From: Chrysomallon squamiferum
Taxonomy: Eukaryota; Animalia; Mollusca
Direction: 5' to 3'
DNA length: 64,000 nt
Assembly: GCA_012295275.1 (NCBI GenBank)
Contig: CM022674.1
Span: 8,432,001 to 8,496,000 of the forward strand
This document shows, piece after piece, positions 23,972 to 38,245 of the stretch. A model generated the notes under the pieces. It was not told the origin of the DNA and searched no databases. It worked only from the letters and a program-made list of their open reading frames with translations. The position numbers and the translations under genes were made by a program. Each line of letters opens with the position of its first letter. Positions within the stretch are counted from its first letter, which is position 1.

Positions 23972-26900
23972 ATGGCGCGACTGATTTCTTTTTCAAAGCA
24001 GCGCTTCCTGAACGTGGCACAGTTGAATCGTAATTTAACCACAGGTTCAACCTGCTTAGTATCAACAGCTGTTAGCATGTCAGTGCAGACTGATCCTCCA
24101 GAATGCTTGCTGAAACCGATGAATTTCCCCATGAAAGTTCTAATGGGGCCCGGACCATCTAACTGTCCTCCTCGCGTCCTTGCAGCAGGTGCTTTACCTC
24201 TTTTGGGTCATCTTCATCCAGAATTTATACAGGTATGATAAACATAATGAAAATAAATGAATAATAATAAATTACCACATATTATATATAATTAAATAAA
24301 ACTTACATACAGATGTATTTTATTAAAGAATTACCATAATTATATACATAATAATATCCACAACATAAAAATTAAAGAAATTTCTAAAAATCTATTTAAT
24401 GTTTAAACATATGGTACTAGTGAATTGATCGTTTTAATAATAGTATGCCATCATTCTTAAATGCAATATTAAAATTAAACTGTAAAAATATATTAAAATA
24501 TTTTTAATTTATTTTAACTGTTTCAGATAATGGATGAAGTTAAAGCTGGTATCAAGTATACATTTCAAACAAACAATGAATGGACATTTGTTATTTCAGG
24601 AACAGGTAAGGTTATATAAATTGCCTAATGTTCACTTACTTCTATTAGACAGATAGATAGAAGTATAGAGTGTACCATGGCTGTCGTATCACCAGATGCA
24701 ATATCATTGGAACCTACATATCAAATTTTATGACATAGTACAGTATATAATGCTCTGCAGCATGAAGACAAAAGCTGTAAACTGTATACATTTCAATTCA
24801 GTAACTGTGTATGTTATAATCATGACTATTTCACTGTTATGATTATAGTCAGTTTTAATTTTTAATTTAATCTTAGAACTTTTGCACACACATTTTCTTT
24901 TAATTTTCCCTTTTTCTGTTTTTTTTTTTTTTTAAAGATTTTTTATTTAGAAAGTTACATTTTCAGGACATGCAGCTATGGAAGCTTCAGTTTGCAATCT
25001 TCTTGAGCCAGGGGACATCACTCTGTCATGTCAAAATGGTGTCTGGGGAGCTCGATATGCAGACATGGCAGAAAGAAATGGTAAAACATTAAATAGCTCT
25101 ACCTGATTTCATGAATTTAAACAAAAAAAAATATTGTTTTTAACATGAACAAAATTTTACTGAAAAAAAAAGAAGAAAGATTTTAAAAAAACCCCACCTA
25201 AAACATATTATTTTCATTTTAGATGCAATTGTTCATAAGTTGGTAAAGCCAATGGGAGAAGTGTTTTGCCTAAAGGAAATTGAAGAGGTATTACTTTATA
25301 AATAAAATTATTTAAAATGTATCTTTAAGAGACAAAATAAATAACCTAAACAACCTAAATATGTTTTGTACTTAGAATAAGTAGGTGGTGACAATTCTTT
25401 ACTACTGATAAATTATGACAGCAAACTTGTGATGATTACAATCGAGTTTTATGGTAACATCAGTATAACAAAAATGACAACATGGTAAAGAAAACATCCA
25501 TTCATCTTTTTTCTGCAAATTTATAATAGGTTTTTTTAATATCATCTGTTTTATAATTTGAAGACATTCTTTACTGTAGTATAAGTACTTATACAGGCTC
25601 TGAAGAAATACAGTCCTTCAGTTTTGTTTATCACTCATGGTGAATCATCAGGTGGGACAGTTCAGCCATTTGATGGGATAGGAAGTCTTTGTCACAAGTA
25701 TGCAGCACAGAGAGGTCATCAAACTGATTGTAACTCTTTGGACTCCAGCCATTTGTAAATTAACACGAAATCAGAGAAATCAGACACAAGTCAAATTATA
25801 AAAAATGACAAATTTAATTATGGTGACCTAACTGAATAATAAGCTACCTCCTAATAATAGTGAACTTCAGTGTTACTATGGGCAAAAATTGACAACAGAA
25901 AACCAAGACATGGAGTGCTGTGTATATGCATCTTGGCCATATACTAAGACCAAAATTATGGAGTCCAAAGAGTTGACATTTATCTTTTATTTCATTAAAA
26001 GAATTTTATCACTCGGTAAATTGAGAGGTTCTTTTATATTTTTATTACATAGTGAAATTTACCAACATGTAATAAATTCTAAAATATGTTAAATTACTGA
26101 ATTTTATTTCTTCTATTGAAACTTAAGATAAACATTGTTTTAGTTTTGTTTTGGAATAAAAATATTCTGCATCAGAAATCTTCATAATTGTTAAAATTTG
26201 AATTAAATTAATTTCTAGTTTTCATTCAATCTTTCATTAAATATATTATTTCTAGGTACAATTGTCTTCTTTTAGTTGATTCTGTAGCCGCAATGGGTGG
26301 AGTTCCCTTACGAATGGACCAATGGGGTAAAGGATTTTCTTCCCATTTTAAAATTAAAAAATTTTTTGATGGTACTGCATAAAAATATTAAATATATTTT
26401 TCATTTTTTTCTTTCATTGTCGAAAATATCCAGTTAACAGATTATTTCGATTTCTTCTTTGTTATTTTATTTATTTTATTTTATTGTTTTTTTGCTTACA
26501 TTTTTAAAAAATAATTATAGCCTTAGAAACTGCTTAAAAAGAAATAATTTCTTTAGTAAATAACTTTTTTTTTTTATGAATGATTATATATATATTTAAT
26601 TATTTATTTATTTATTTATTTCTTCTTTTTTTGTAATTTTATTAATAATTCAGGATATTGCCTTTAAAATGTTATATATATTGCTGAGTGTAATTTTATA
26701 AGAAATTATTGTTTATACAAATTTTGTAATGATATATGTGTCATGTTTTTCAGAAATTGATGCTCTTTATTCAGGTTCTCAGAAAGTTCTAAGTGTTCCA
26801 CCAGGAACAAGTTTTATATCATTTTCTGAAAGAGCCAGGTGTGTTATCATGTTTTTAGAAGTATTATATCATTTTCTGAAAGAACTATCTGGGTTACACT

Positions 26901-27351
26901 GTCTTATAAAGTGATGTATTGTTTCTGAAAGTGATAGTTGCTCATTCTATTTTATGAAGAGAAGTATTACTTTCACATAAACCTTTTTTCTTCTTTTTTT
27001 TTTTTATAATAGATCATTTCTAATTATTATTATTAGATATGTTAATATTGTCATAAAATTTGTTTTTATATCTTTACATTTGAAAATTTGTAATGATTAT
27101 TGCACTGATATAATTTTATTTTACTATTTCTTTTTTAGAAAAAAGATTCAGAATCGTAAAAGAAAAGTTAGGTCATGGTATTTTGATGCCAATGAATTAG
27201 CAAATTACTGGGGATGTGATGACAAACCTAGGAGGTAAATTATTCCCTTTTAATAATGTGCAAGTATAAGCATAATTTTGTTACCTCCCTTTGAAATTTT
27301 ACTTTTTTAAAAAGACTCAGTATGTTTTTTGATTAAATCAGATAGTTGTTG

Positions 27352-27396
<45 letters not shown>

Positions 27397-29654
27397 CTTA
27401 CGCACACGCATACAAATATATATATGGTATGTTCAAATATAGAAGCATAAAGGTGGTGCAGAACACATATTAAAATTAAGACTTTCAAGAGATTATAAAT
27501 TTAAGAATAAACAGTATTGTTACTCCACTTTCTCAAGCATGCAGATCAGTGCGGAAGATACTAAATTTTACTTCAAGGTTTTTCTCTTTTTTTTCACAAA
27601 CAGATACCACCACACTGCTCCTATAAGCAGTATTTATGCTCTCAGAGAGGGTGTGGCCAGACTCGCAGAAGAGGTATAAATAATTTTTATTCTTGTTTAA
27701 TCATGAAGAAGTGACAGTAACAGTTGGTCTTAATTCACATCTAGAATGAAATAAAAATTATTATGTAAAAATTATACATGGATTTTATGGTTGATTTTCC
27801 AGCTATTAGTGGTCTTTGAATCGCTTATAAAATCAGTTAAAATTAGGATAAGGCATTTTAAATGTTCATACTTCATATGTGGGTGGCCACAGATGGTGTT
27901 GCATTTTGTAACACACACACACACATGTATGTATCCTTAAGTATTTCATTTAATCATTTGAATTACATTTAATATGATTTTAAAAGTAATATGATTTTGA
28001 CACAGTCAGTACTAATTAATGTGTACCTCTACTAATGAATTTTTTTTGATAACTTAGTTGGATATACTGTAAATTGGATGTTTTAAGGGGATGGGAGGCA
28101 TAAATTTGTTGAATTATTAACCATATGAACCAAGAACATTTTTTATTTTAATTTTGGAACCACGAATTCTGAAATTAAAATCAATTCTTTATCTATTTTT
28201 GTATGTAAGGATGCAATTGTTTATTTATTTATTTATTGGTTTGAATAAAAAGAATGCAATCTATCATGATGCAGATAACAGACATTATATTTTTTTTAAA
28301 TATTTAATATACGTTCATCTTATAATCAGATATCCATTATCTTACATTAGTATATCCAATGTTTTACAATTTTGTTTTGTATACTTGTATTATTAAATGC
28401 ACTGAAAATAAATTAGAGCTGATGTTTTATGTTTATATTAGGGTTTGCCAGCCTGTTGGGCCAGACACAAACAGTGTGCTGAACTCCTCTATGATGGGTT
28501 GGAGAAACTTGGTCTCAAACTTCTAGTCAAAGATAAGGTATCTATATTTACAAGAGTTGTTTTAATTTTGTAAAAAATGTGTATAACATGTATCTGTTAA
28601 AATATATTAGTCTTTTCTCTATTTTTTCTAATATTATTGGAACAAATAATCTTGGTTTATATCAATACTTTCAAAATACTTTCCTTACACTGAAATACAG
28701 AAACCGCTTTCATTAAATTGGCTCAGGTCACACTGCAGCAGAAATCAGTTTCAGTGGGAAGCAAAATGTGTCACAGTAAATGCACAATAAAATGCAGAGC
28801 ACCCATTGAGAGTTGTGCTTGTTGCATGATAGTAGGTGGCTCTACTTGTTATGTATTACATGATAACTGTTCTGCCATGGATACTGTGCATGAAAATCAG
28901 AATAAAAAACTGGATTTGGGGGGGGGTTAGAATAGAAGTGCTTTGTTGCTATTTGAGTGTGATGCATTATTGTGCTTTTGATGTGCTATAAAGCCCAAGT
29001 GTGAACATGGTAATAAAGTGTTGATCATTTTGTAAAATAATTTTATGCACCACAAAGTCATGTTATTTGTCAATGTTATAAATAATTTCACAGTGCCTTT
29101 TTTAAACATTAATTCATTTTATTAGTAATAGTATCAAAGAAATTTAAATAATTATTATTTTCCTAATTAATTTTTATTTTCTCCTGTTTATTTCAGAGTG
29201 TTAGAAATCCCTGTGTGACTACCATATTGGTTCCCGATGGTGTAAACTGGAAAGCTGTTTCAGATTATGCAATGACAAAGTGAGAACTTTACAGTTCTTG
29301 TAATGTTACACTATTTCACAGCTTGATCAGTTGGTTGACTTTCATGTTTGAATGTCTTTGATGAATGGAAACAAATTACTCTGATATGTAAAATAACCTG
29401 GAAGTTATTTTCATTGTGAAAAAGAAATAATATCATTAGCATAGTTTGTATTGATCTGTTCCTTTTTGGTTATTATGATGTTTTTAAATTTAAATTTATT
29501 TTGATTCAGCTACCGTGTTGAAATTGCTGGAGGACTTGGTGACCTGGCTGGCAAAGTGTGGCGCATTGGAATCATGGGATATAACTGTACACCAGACAAT
29601 GTTAGACTGGTTCTACGTGCACTTGGAGAAGCCATTGAACAGTTTAAACAATGA
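23972..29654 (+). CDS. AGXT: Alanine-glyoxylate / serine-pyruvate aminotransferase (class V PLP enzyme), 421 aa
   Basis: 12 phase-consistent exons: 23972-24232, 24527-24605, 24967-25080, 25223-25287, 25597-25697, 26256-26326, 26754-26838, 27139-27234, 27604-27673, 28442-28537, 29197-29279, 29510-29654. Motifs: [36 protein letters not shown] (PLP lysine), YHHT, EIAGGLG...WRIGIMG. Confidence 0.97.
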
Positions 29655-31699
29655 GAAATTTACTTGACCATCAGAAATTATATAAGAAGACAAAATTCTG
29701 TGTAAAATTTAAAGTGAAATTTTATGATTGTTCTACAAATGGCTATGGATTAGTCATATCAAAATCTAAGATTCAAAAACAAAATCTTTTTATCTTCCTT
29801 TTTTCTGCTTACAAATTACTTCAGGGGTTAATGTTATGAATACTTTTCTGACTTTTGATTTTGTGTAAGATACACCAGTAATTAATAATTTCTTGAAATG
29901 ATAATCTTTAGAAATATTTGCAATTAAAATATATATTTAGATTTTATATATATATATTATGTTAATGATTTATTTTCTTTCGAATTTTATGCTTTTTTGA
30001 AGTATTTTGGTTTATATTTTGTTTATTTGATGGTCCAGTCAGTATGTAGATAAATGTATTTATTTTTAATTCTTTTATACTGAACAATAATTTGTTTGAA
30101 GTAATATGATGTTTAGAAAGTTTATTATAGTAGCTTAAAAATCATAAACAAAAATCATGAACAGAATATACACACATACAACTGATTTTACATGTATTAA
30201 TTTACTTAAGCTGCTGGAAAGAATTAATTTTAAATTTAATATTTGTTGTTTCTTAAATTATTTCTTCTATACAGATAAGCTTAATTACTAAACTCTTCAG
30301 TTATTCAGACTAAAGTTGTGATATTAAAATCAGGGAAGAATTGGGAACTTATGAAAAGAGGATTGCTTCCATTGTGGATTACATTTATACAGAAAAACAC
30401 CTCTTAATGCATGCTGGCTATGCTCCTTTTAGATGTTCACATAATAATTACATATTTTAAATAATTGCATTTTTTATAACTTCAGGTTTGGCAGCATTTT
30501 AATCTTAATGCCAGTTTTATTGTCTGTTTTTTTGTCTTTTTTTATTTGGTTTAAAGAATTATGAAGTAACCACAACTGTAATAAAATTTACAGGTTTTTT
30601 TGTTGACAGATAATTTTTTTCATTTTCTTCTGTTTTTTGTTGTTGTTTGTTGGGTTGTTTTTTTTGTCCTATATTGTAATTCCTCTTCTAATTATTCCAA
30701 AAGGTAAGCAAACTGTTTAATGAATACAGATATTCTGAATTTTGTTATCCTTACATTTTAAAATAATTTTGTTAACATTTTGATTATTTCATGGCAGTTT
30801 AATAGTGTCATCCATGTAATCTGGTCTTTTTTAAATTATCTATTTCAAATGACCAAGAATTCTTTTTACTTCAAGTTTGGCGTTTTGTTAGTATGTGAAG
30901 AGGGAAGGCCATTTACACTGACCCAAAATAAAAAATTCTACTCTGCTAATTTCATAACTGTTAAAACCATGGGCAGATAGGCAGACAGACAAACAGGTTT
31001 TAAACAGTTACATAATTATTACTAAATCGTGACTATTGACTTTATTCTAAAAGTAATTTTTTAAGCTTTATTAATGTTGATAATAAGAACCTTGTACAAT
31101 AAAATGAATTATTGATTAGAAAACTTTATCACAAATCATTCTGCTGAATTTTCATTTTGAAAGGATGATCCTATAATATCATTTTATATATAACAATAAA
31201 ATATATTACTTTACAGTTTTTGTTTTGTTATTGCTTCAGAAATCATTTTAACTATTCTTGACTGGATTTTGTATTTATTTCAGTGATTAAATGGAGATTT
31301 AGATGTAAATTCAAAAAGTAAAGTCATAAAGAAAATGTATGTACATACAAATTATTATTATGTCTTTCTTTTTTTGAAGATTTTTTTAACAAAGATTTCT
31401 AAATTTTCTTTAAAAATATTTAATTTGAGGATTATTTCTTCCTCTTCTTCTTCTTTTTCTTTTTTTTTTTAATTTAAAGTAATACGGAATAAAAAAAGGT
31501 GGATATTTATTTACGTTAATTGATGTTATTAGTAGTAGTAGTAGTAAACTGTAGATGTTTAGTTTAAAATAAATATTGTTCTAGCCAGACTTCAATCGTT
31601 ATTTTAATGAGACAGCTTGAAGGAACACTGACTAACATTTTCACATTTCGAGGGTAACTCTTGGCAGCGAAATGTAATTATCGAGTACAATTATATACA

Positions 31700-31951
31700 T
31701 TGCCTGAGTAACCAATGCAGCCTAGAGCTTTGTCTGCGACCTGTAGCTTGTAATCCAGTTATTGACCAATCGAAAATCTGATAACATAAACCATGACCTG
31801 TCAAAGCTATACGGCGATGGTGTCAAGGCCGATATCGTGCTTACGGCGTTAACTGTGTGCTCTCTGCTAATGTAAAATTGCAGTAAATGAAGTATTTAAT
31901 CGTCATTATTATTTTGCGTTAATGAAATGTGTGATGCGTTTATTTTATTTG
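31700..31951 (+). promoter_or_regulatory. Putative promoter / first non-coding exon, probably of the CLIC gene
   Basis: CpG-containing patch in AT-rich DNA with two CCAAT boxes (~31712, ~31766) and a donor-like TG|GTATGT at ~31951. The next coding sequence on + is CLIC. Confidence 0.35.
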
Positions 31952-32005
31952 GTATGTATAAAATATATGGTAGTTTCTGCTTCAGACATCGCTTTTCTTT
32001 CTCAC

Positions 32006-32068
<63 letters not shown>

Positions 32069-32069
32069 T

Positions 32070-32540
32070 TATTAATTTTCGGGAACTTGCTATGTATTAA
32101 AGACAATAAATGTAATAAAATAAATTATTTGCATTTACATAAAAATATCAACTGCACATGAGTAAACTGAAATAAATAGAAAAATCTGTTTAATATATTG
32201 TTATATAATATTTATTAATTTTCGGAAACTTGTTATGTGTTAAGGACAGTAATTGTAATAAAATAAATTATAAAACACTATTCATCATTATTTACATTTC
32301 AATAAAAATAACAACACAGGAGTAAATTGACAAACAGAAAAATATATTTAGTATATACTTTTATATAATATTTATTATTTTCAGAAACTTAGTTTGTGTT
32401 AAGGACAATAATTGTAATAAAATAAATTATAAAACACTATTTATCATTATTTATATTTCTATAAAAATATCAGTAGCATGTAAAAATTTGGAATAAATAG
32501 AAAAATATATATAATATATAGTTACATATAAAAATATATT
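32070..32540. repeat. Diverged ~150-bp tandem repeat, 3 units
   Basis: TTTTC(G/A)G(G/A)AACTT...TTAA(A/G)GACA...TGTAATAAAATAAATTAT recurs at ~32076, ~32219 and ~32378. Confidence 0.85.
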
Positions 32541-34539
32541 AATTTATTATTAATACTTAATATATAATATTCTGTTCTCAAAGAAAATGAAGAATATAAT
32601 AACATATAAATTTAATATTTTTTATTCAGATTTCAATTAAAAAATCAAATAGCTAGAATAAATACACTTCTGTAATGTTATTTAAATTTTAATAAATATA
32701 CCATCATGCAAATGAAAATGATTAGAAAAATTCAGAAAAGATTCGTTTAGATAATTTTATTTTGTAAATTCAGAATATAAAATGTTGAAGGAAGTCTGTT
32801 ACAAATTATACTGAAATTGTTATAAAATTATGAAAGATTATTATTTACTCAGTGCAGTATGTTGTTTATGAATAAAAATGGAACTATATTTAGTCACTTG
32901 TTTTTTAATTAAGAGAACATTGTTCCATCACTGGATATAATATACAGGTAAATTACTGTTGTGAAATCCATTTATTCCTGCACAAGAGAGAATTTTACAA
33001 AAGTGGTCTAACTGAATCAGTATTTACTATAAATGTACAACAGCTTAAATATGCGCGCATATAGCCAATCAGAAATGATTATTTTCCTTAGCAATTCTAT
33101 ATTGTGTACACTTTATTTCAAAGATATTTATAACTGCTATACTGTGTTGGATATCTATATCTATATCTCTATCTATATACATATATATACATACATACAC
33201 AAACACACATACACATATATACACATACATACAAACAAACATATATATGTATACAGGTTGAGTTGAATCACTCAAAAACTGTTAACTATGAATGACTTGC
33301 ATTCTGCCTGCAGGTACAGGGAAGTAAGAGAGATGGGAGTTATAAATAAAAGACACACCTACCATTTAAGTATAATTGTTAACACCTGACCAATGTTTTA
33401 CTACAGGTTCATCCCAAAAGCTCAGCAGTTATTTTCAGTACCTTTTCCTCAAATATGTGCTTGGTTGTATATGTAACTAAATGTTAGAAAAAGAAAAAAT
33501 AACAATGTTGCACATTTTATTATTTCTAAACATTTTTGACAATCACTGAAGGACAAATTTTGAAATTATGTCCTTAGATTTGAAACACAGTTCTTTAATT
33601 TAGTAGAAAGTTACTGTTTGATCATCAATAAAACTGAAATCTACCTTTATCTGAATATTTTTCTTACAGATCATTTCTTTTGTCTAATAATAAACAGCTG
33701 CAAAACAAAAAATAATATAATAATAATAAAAAAACAATTTTAAACAATTAATCTAAAAAAAGAAGGAAAAAATAAATTCATATAAATTTTCTTTAAATTA
33801 TGTAGGATTGATTTATTATAACAATATTCAGTTTCTTAAATTAAAATAAAACTGCAAGCAGTTGCATTTTATAAAATCAATAGCAATAAATTGTTAGATA
33901 TTATAATTACAACATTGCCTTGACATCCCTCAAAACAGCTGCTATATTTTTTTTTTTTTTTTTTTTTTTTTTGTAATCTTTTTTTTTTTTTTAATAAAAT
34001 TTTTTTAATTTCAAAGTTTGTGCATTTATGTAAGTTATCTATATAAAAACCAGAAATGATTTAATAACTATTCATAGATATTCAATTTTCATAAAACATA
34101 ATGGGAATTTAAAATATTTGTCGAGTTATGTAAATGTTTAATTTAATTTCAAAAATAATATAAAAATTTGGACTAAATAATTATTGAGTTGTATGCATAC
34201 TTTGATTTAGTTAAGTTTTCAATTAGTGGTGCTGTCTTTTTTATTAGTGTGTATAAAAAGAGCCATGTTAAAGTCTAGGTAAACTACTGGAAATAGCAGT
34301 AGTTGGAGTGAGGCCAGTTCTGGAAGCCAGGTTTGCAGCAGGTCTTTCTTTGTGTGTGAGATACAGACTTGTTAGCAGCACCAGTTGCCCATAGCACACA
34401 GTGGTTTGACTTTATCACAGTTTTCTTCACAAGCCAAAGTCAAGAATTCTAAAACAAATTAAGCATTAAGTGTGTGGATCATAAGGCTTTCCTGGGTAAG
34501 CCATTTTTAATATTTTACTATTATGATGCTTTATTTAAA

Positions 34540-36560
34540 TTCAGTTAATAGATTGCAGGTGGTAGCAGATTTGATGGGATGATTTTGCAGACATGATCTG
34601 TTCCAAACAGTTTTGAAATACTGTCAGTGTCTCTAGAAGCACAGAATAAATATTAGAATATAATTTCAAACTTATTTATGATAAAAACAGTTTTTTTCTT
34701 TTCTTTTTTTATTCTTTCTTTCATTCATTCTGTTGGCACAAAAAAAATTAAAATTAAAAAATTATTTGATAAATATTTTTTAACTTAGTTTTTCACATTG
34801 TTTTTTGTTTTTTCTCCACTCTTTTATTATTGTTAAACTATACAACTAATTCCCATGCAGTCACAACACTGAATCTGGACATACAACTTGTAACTAAATT
34901 ATTATTTCTGAATATTTTCTATATGGTATGATTCTTTTTTAATTCCAGTGAATAAGTTCCAGGTGGCAGAAGGTTGATGGAAAGGCTTTTTCAAATAATG
35001 CTATTGCAAATTCTTTTGAAATATCTTAAAAACACAGGTCAATATTAGGAGCATGCAATAAACATTAGCATATAATCTGAAACTGATTTATGTTTAAAAA
35101 CTGATTTTATAATTTTGTTAAGCTAATACTTTTCTCTTCTTTTTTTTTTTTTTTTTTTTTAGAAATTGTTTTCATTTAGTTTACCCTTTTTTATTTAATT
35201 TTTTTATTTATTATTTTTAGCCACATCTGTTTTATATAGGTTTATATTTATATAACATACAATTTAATCTTTATGTTATCAAAACTCTAAATTTTGATAT
35301 TAGCTAGGTTATATAAGCAAATTATTATTTGTGTAGTAATTTTTTTTTATGTCTTTAATAATTACAGTTTGGTATGTTTTTAAATTTCAGTTAATTGATT
35401 ACTGATGGTATCTGGTTTGATGGGATGGTTTGCAAACCTGATTCTATACTGAATCCTTTTAAACAAAAATCCCATCTAACACAGGACTAAATTATAAGCA
35501 CAGTTAAGCATTAGAATATAATTTTAAACTGATTAATGTTTGCTGTTTAAAAACTGGTTTTGTATTTGTGTTGATGTAATTTTCTTTTATATATTCCAAA
35601 AATTAAGAAGATTAACAAAATAATACAAAAATTATATGTATATAATTTTTTTTATTATTTTGTTAATCTTTTTAAATTTAAATTTTTTTTCTTGTAACAT
35701 ATGTGTTTGAATTTACATAATATACATATGTTATTTCAGCTCTATTTTGTCATTAACTAGGTTATGTAAGCAAAATATTTCTACAGCAGTATCTTGAAAA
35801 CAGAATGTCTTTTTTAAATATCAGTTTATTTTATAATATTATAATTTTCCATCTTTTTTTCTATTTTTTTATGGTTAATTTTATTATAATTTAAAATAAA
35901 AATGTTTATCTTTAAAAGAAATAAAATTAAAATCTACTCAAATAGTTTCTGTTATTTATTTGGGATTCTAATTTATCTTTAATAAAAGCTTTAAATACCT
36001 AAAATACAATTTTTTAAGGTAAGAACAAATTATAAGCACATAATTAGAATATAATTTTAAATTGATTAATATTTGCTGTTGAAAAACTGGTTTTATATTC
36101 CTGTTAATGTAATTTTATTTTATATGTGTGTGTGTGTGAGTGTGTAACATATTTTTTTTTCTCTCTCTCTTCTTAATTTTTTAATTTTTTATTATAATAT
36201 ACAGGTTTGAATTTACATAATATGCATATGTTATTTCAACTCTATTTTGTTATTAACTAGGTTATGTAAGCAAAATATTTCTACAGTAATATCTTTAGAA
36301 CAGAATCATGAGAATATCTTTTTTAAATCTCAATTCATTTTATAATAATATAATTTTCTCTTCTGGTTTTTTAACTCTTTTTTTTCAATAATTCATGCTG
36401 TTCATTTTATAATAATTTTAAATAAAAACATTTATCTTTAAAAGAATAAAAATTAAAATCTATTCATGTAGTTTCTGTTATTTATTTAGAGTAATAATGT
36501 ATCTTTAATAAAAGCATTTCTTACATTGCATAAGATCCCATTTGTTAAGGTAAAAACAAG
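34540..36560. repeat. Old tandem duplications of a ~400-530 bp unit
   Basis: CAGGTGG...TTGATGG...ATTAG(A/C)ATATAAT...AAACT blocks at ~34540, ~34945 and ~35385. 35490-36020 closely resembles 36030-36555 (e.g. ATTAACTAGGTTATGTAAGCAAAATATTTCTACAG occurs twice). Confidence 0.75.
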
Positions 36561-36721
36561 ATTTTCCAATGCCATTTTTGACAAAGGTTTAATGTTTTTG
36601 AGTTAGTGCTTTAAAAACTAATGTCTGTTCTATTATTCCACTCCTTTGTGTTGATGAAATAAAATTAAATATGTCATTTCAGTATTTGTACTAGTGTGTC
36701 TTTCAGTGTGTTCATGTAAGC

Positions 36722-36726
<5 letters not shown>

Positions 36727-36782
<56 letters not shown>
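36727..36782. repeat. (GA)n microsatellite
   Basis: About 28 perfect GA units. Confidence 0.95.
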
Positions 36783-36786
<4 letters not shown>

Positions 36787-38199
36787 ATTGTTTCATACTG
36801 CAGTGAATACAGAAAAAGAAAGGTTAATATAGTAATATAGTAGAGACAAAAAGACTCCAGATAGGTTTATCAAATTTCTGTGCTACAATTAAATCTCATT
36901 AGATAAGAATGAAACTTTTAAGATCACTACATCATTAATAAATCATGATTGTGGAATAATGATACTGCATCCTAATAAGAACATTTTGTTAATTAAATCA
37001 TTTGCCATGTGTCTGATGTTATCAAAAGGTTATCCACACAGTGATTAACCTTTATTCTTATCTTGTAGTGCACTAGTCAAACCTGGCTTGGAAAATAATG
37101 TAAAAATTTCCCTGTGGTTGGTTAAAATGTTTTCTCAGTCTGTTATTTAAAAAATATATTAATTAATTAAAATTTAAAAATGCATCAAAAATTATCCTTA
37201 GATCATATGGCCAAGCATGAAATATTTTACAGAAAAAAAATAAATCAATTATATTCACACAGTCTTAATCTCAGTTATACCAAGGCATAAATTCTTGAGA
37301 TAATAAGAAAGAATTGATAAAATATTAAAACGTCAGTAGTTTAATGTAAAGTAGAGTAGAAGACAGCTTTCAAATGCTTTCTTTCTTTTCTTACTTTTTT
37401 ATGATTTCTTATTACCTGAGAATTTTAATATTTCTATTGGCCTTGGCTGAAGATTCTATTTATTAATTTAATCATGTATATTAAAAACATTTTTCTTAAA
37501 AATGCCTATATTTAAATAGTTTTCGTGGTTAAAAAAAAAAAATATATATATATATCTTTTATATCTTTGTATTAATCATTTGTTAATACATAGTGCAAAT
37601 GAATTTAATTACAACACTTTCTCAGTTATTATGCCATGTGGAGCAAATTATCACTCAATCAGATGCAGTATAGAAAAATGAAAAAATAATTGTATTTTCT
37701 AGCAGACTTGTTTGTTTACACCAATTCTTTCTAGAAGGGTTAATCAGAAACGCTGGGTAAAAGTAAACATTTCTTCCAGGCTAACAGCTTCATGATGAAG
37801 AGTTTCTTATACCAACTGGAGAAGTATCTAGTTGCTACAGTGATTCATTTGTCATATATTTCCAAAACTCATTCTTTTTATGATTATTTTAGAGATAATT
37901 ATCTCTTTTTTTTTAGGCTCTTTACACAAATTTGTGCCTATAGTTAGAAAAGCTAGGTAAACATCTTTTCTGATTTAGAAACATGATTTCTTTGAAATTA
38001 ATCTCACTGTTTTCTTTCTTTCTTTAAGAGAATAAAAATAATGTTATTCAATTCTAATTGTACAAATTCCTTCTAGAGAGGTAATCAGAAATGAGAGATT
38101 AAAGCAAACAACTGCTTCAGTCTAGTACCTATATGATGAAGCATCCCGTTCACAAGCAGTAAGGCATGAAATCAATTTGTATTTTATTTATTTATTTAA

Positions 38200-38245
<46 letters not shown>

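Noticed and set aside
29652-29705. Stop-codon readthrough creating a hidden PTS1 on AGXT
   Set aside because: The context is TGA-G rather than TGA-CTA, and the extension ends in NSV, which is not a PTS1.
37790-38160. ATGATGA motifs as C/D-box snoRNAs
   Set aside because: No suitably placed D box (CTGA) with a terminal stem was found.
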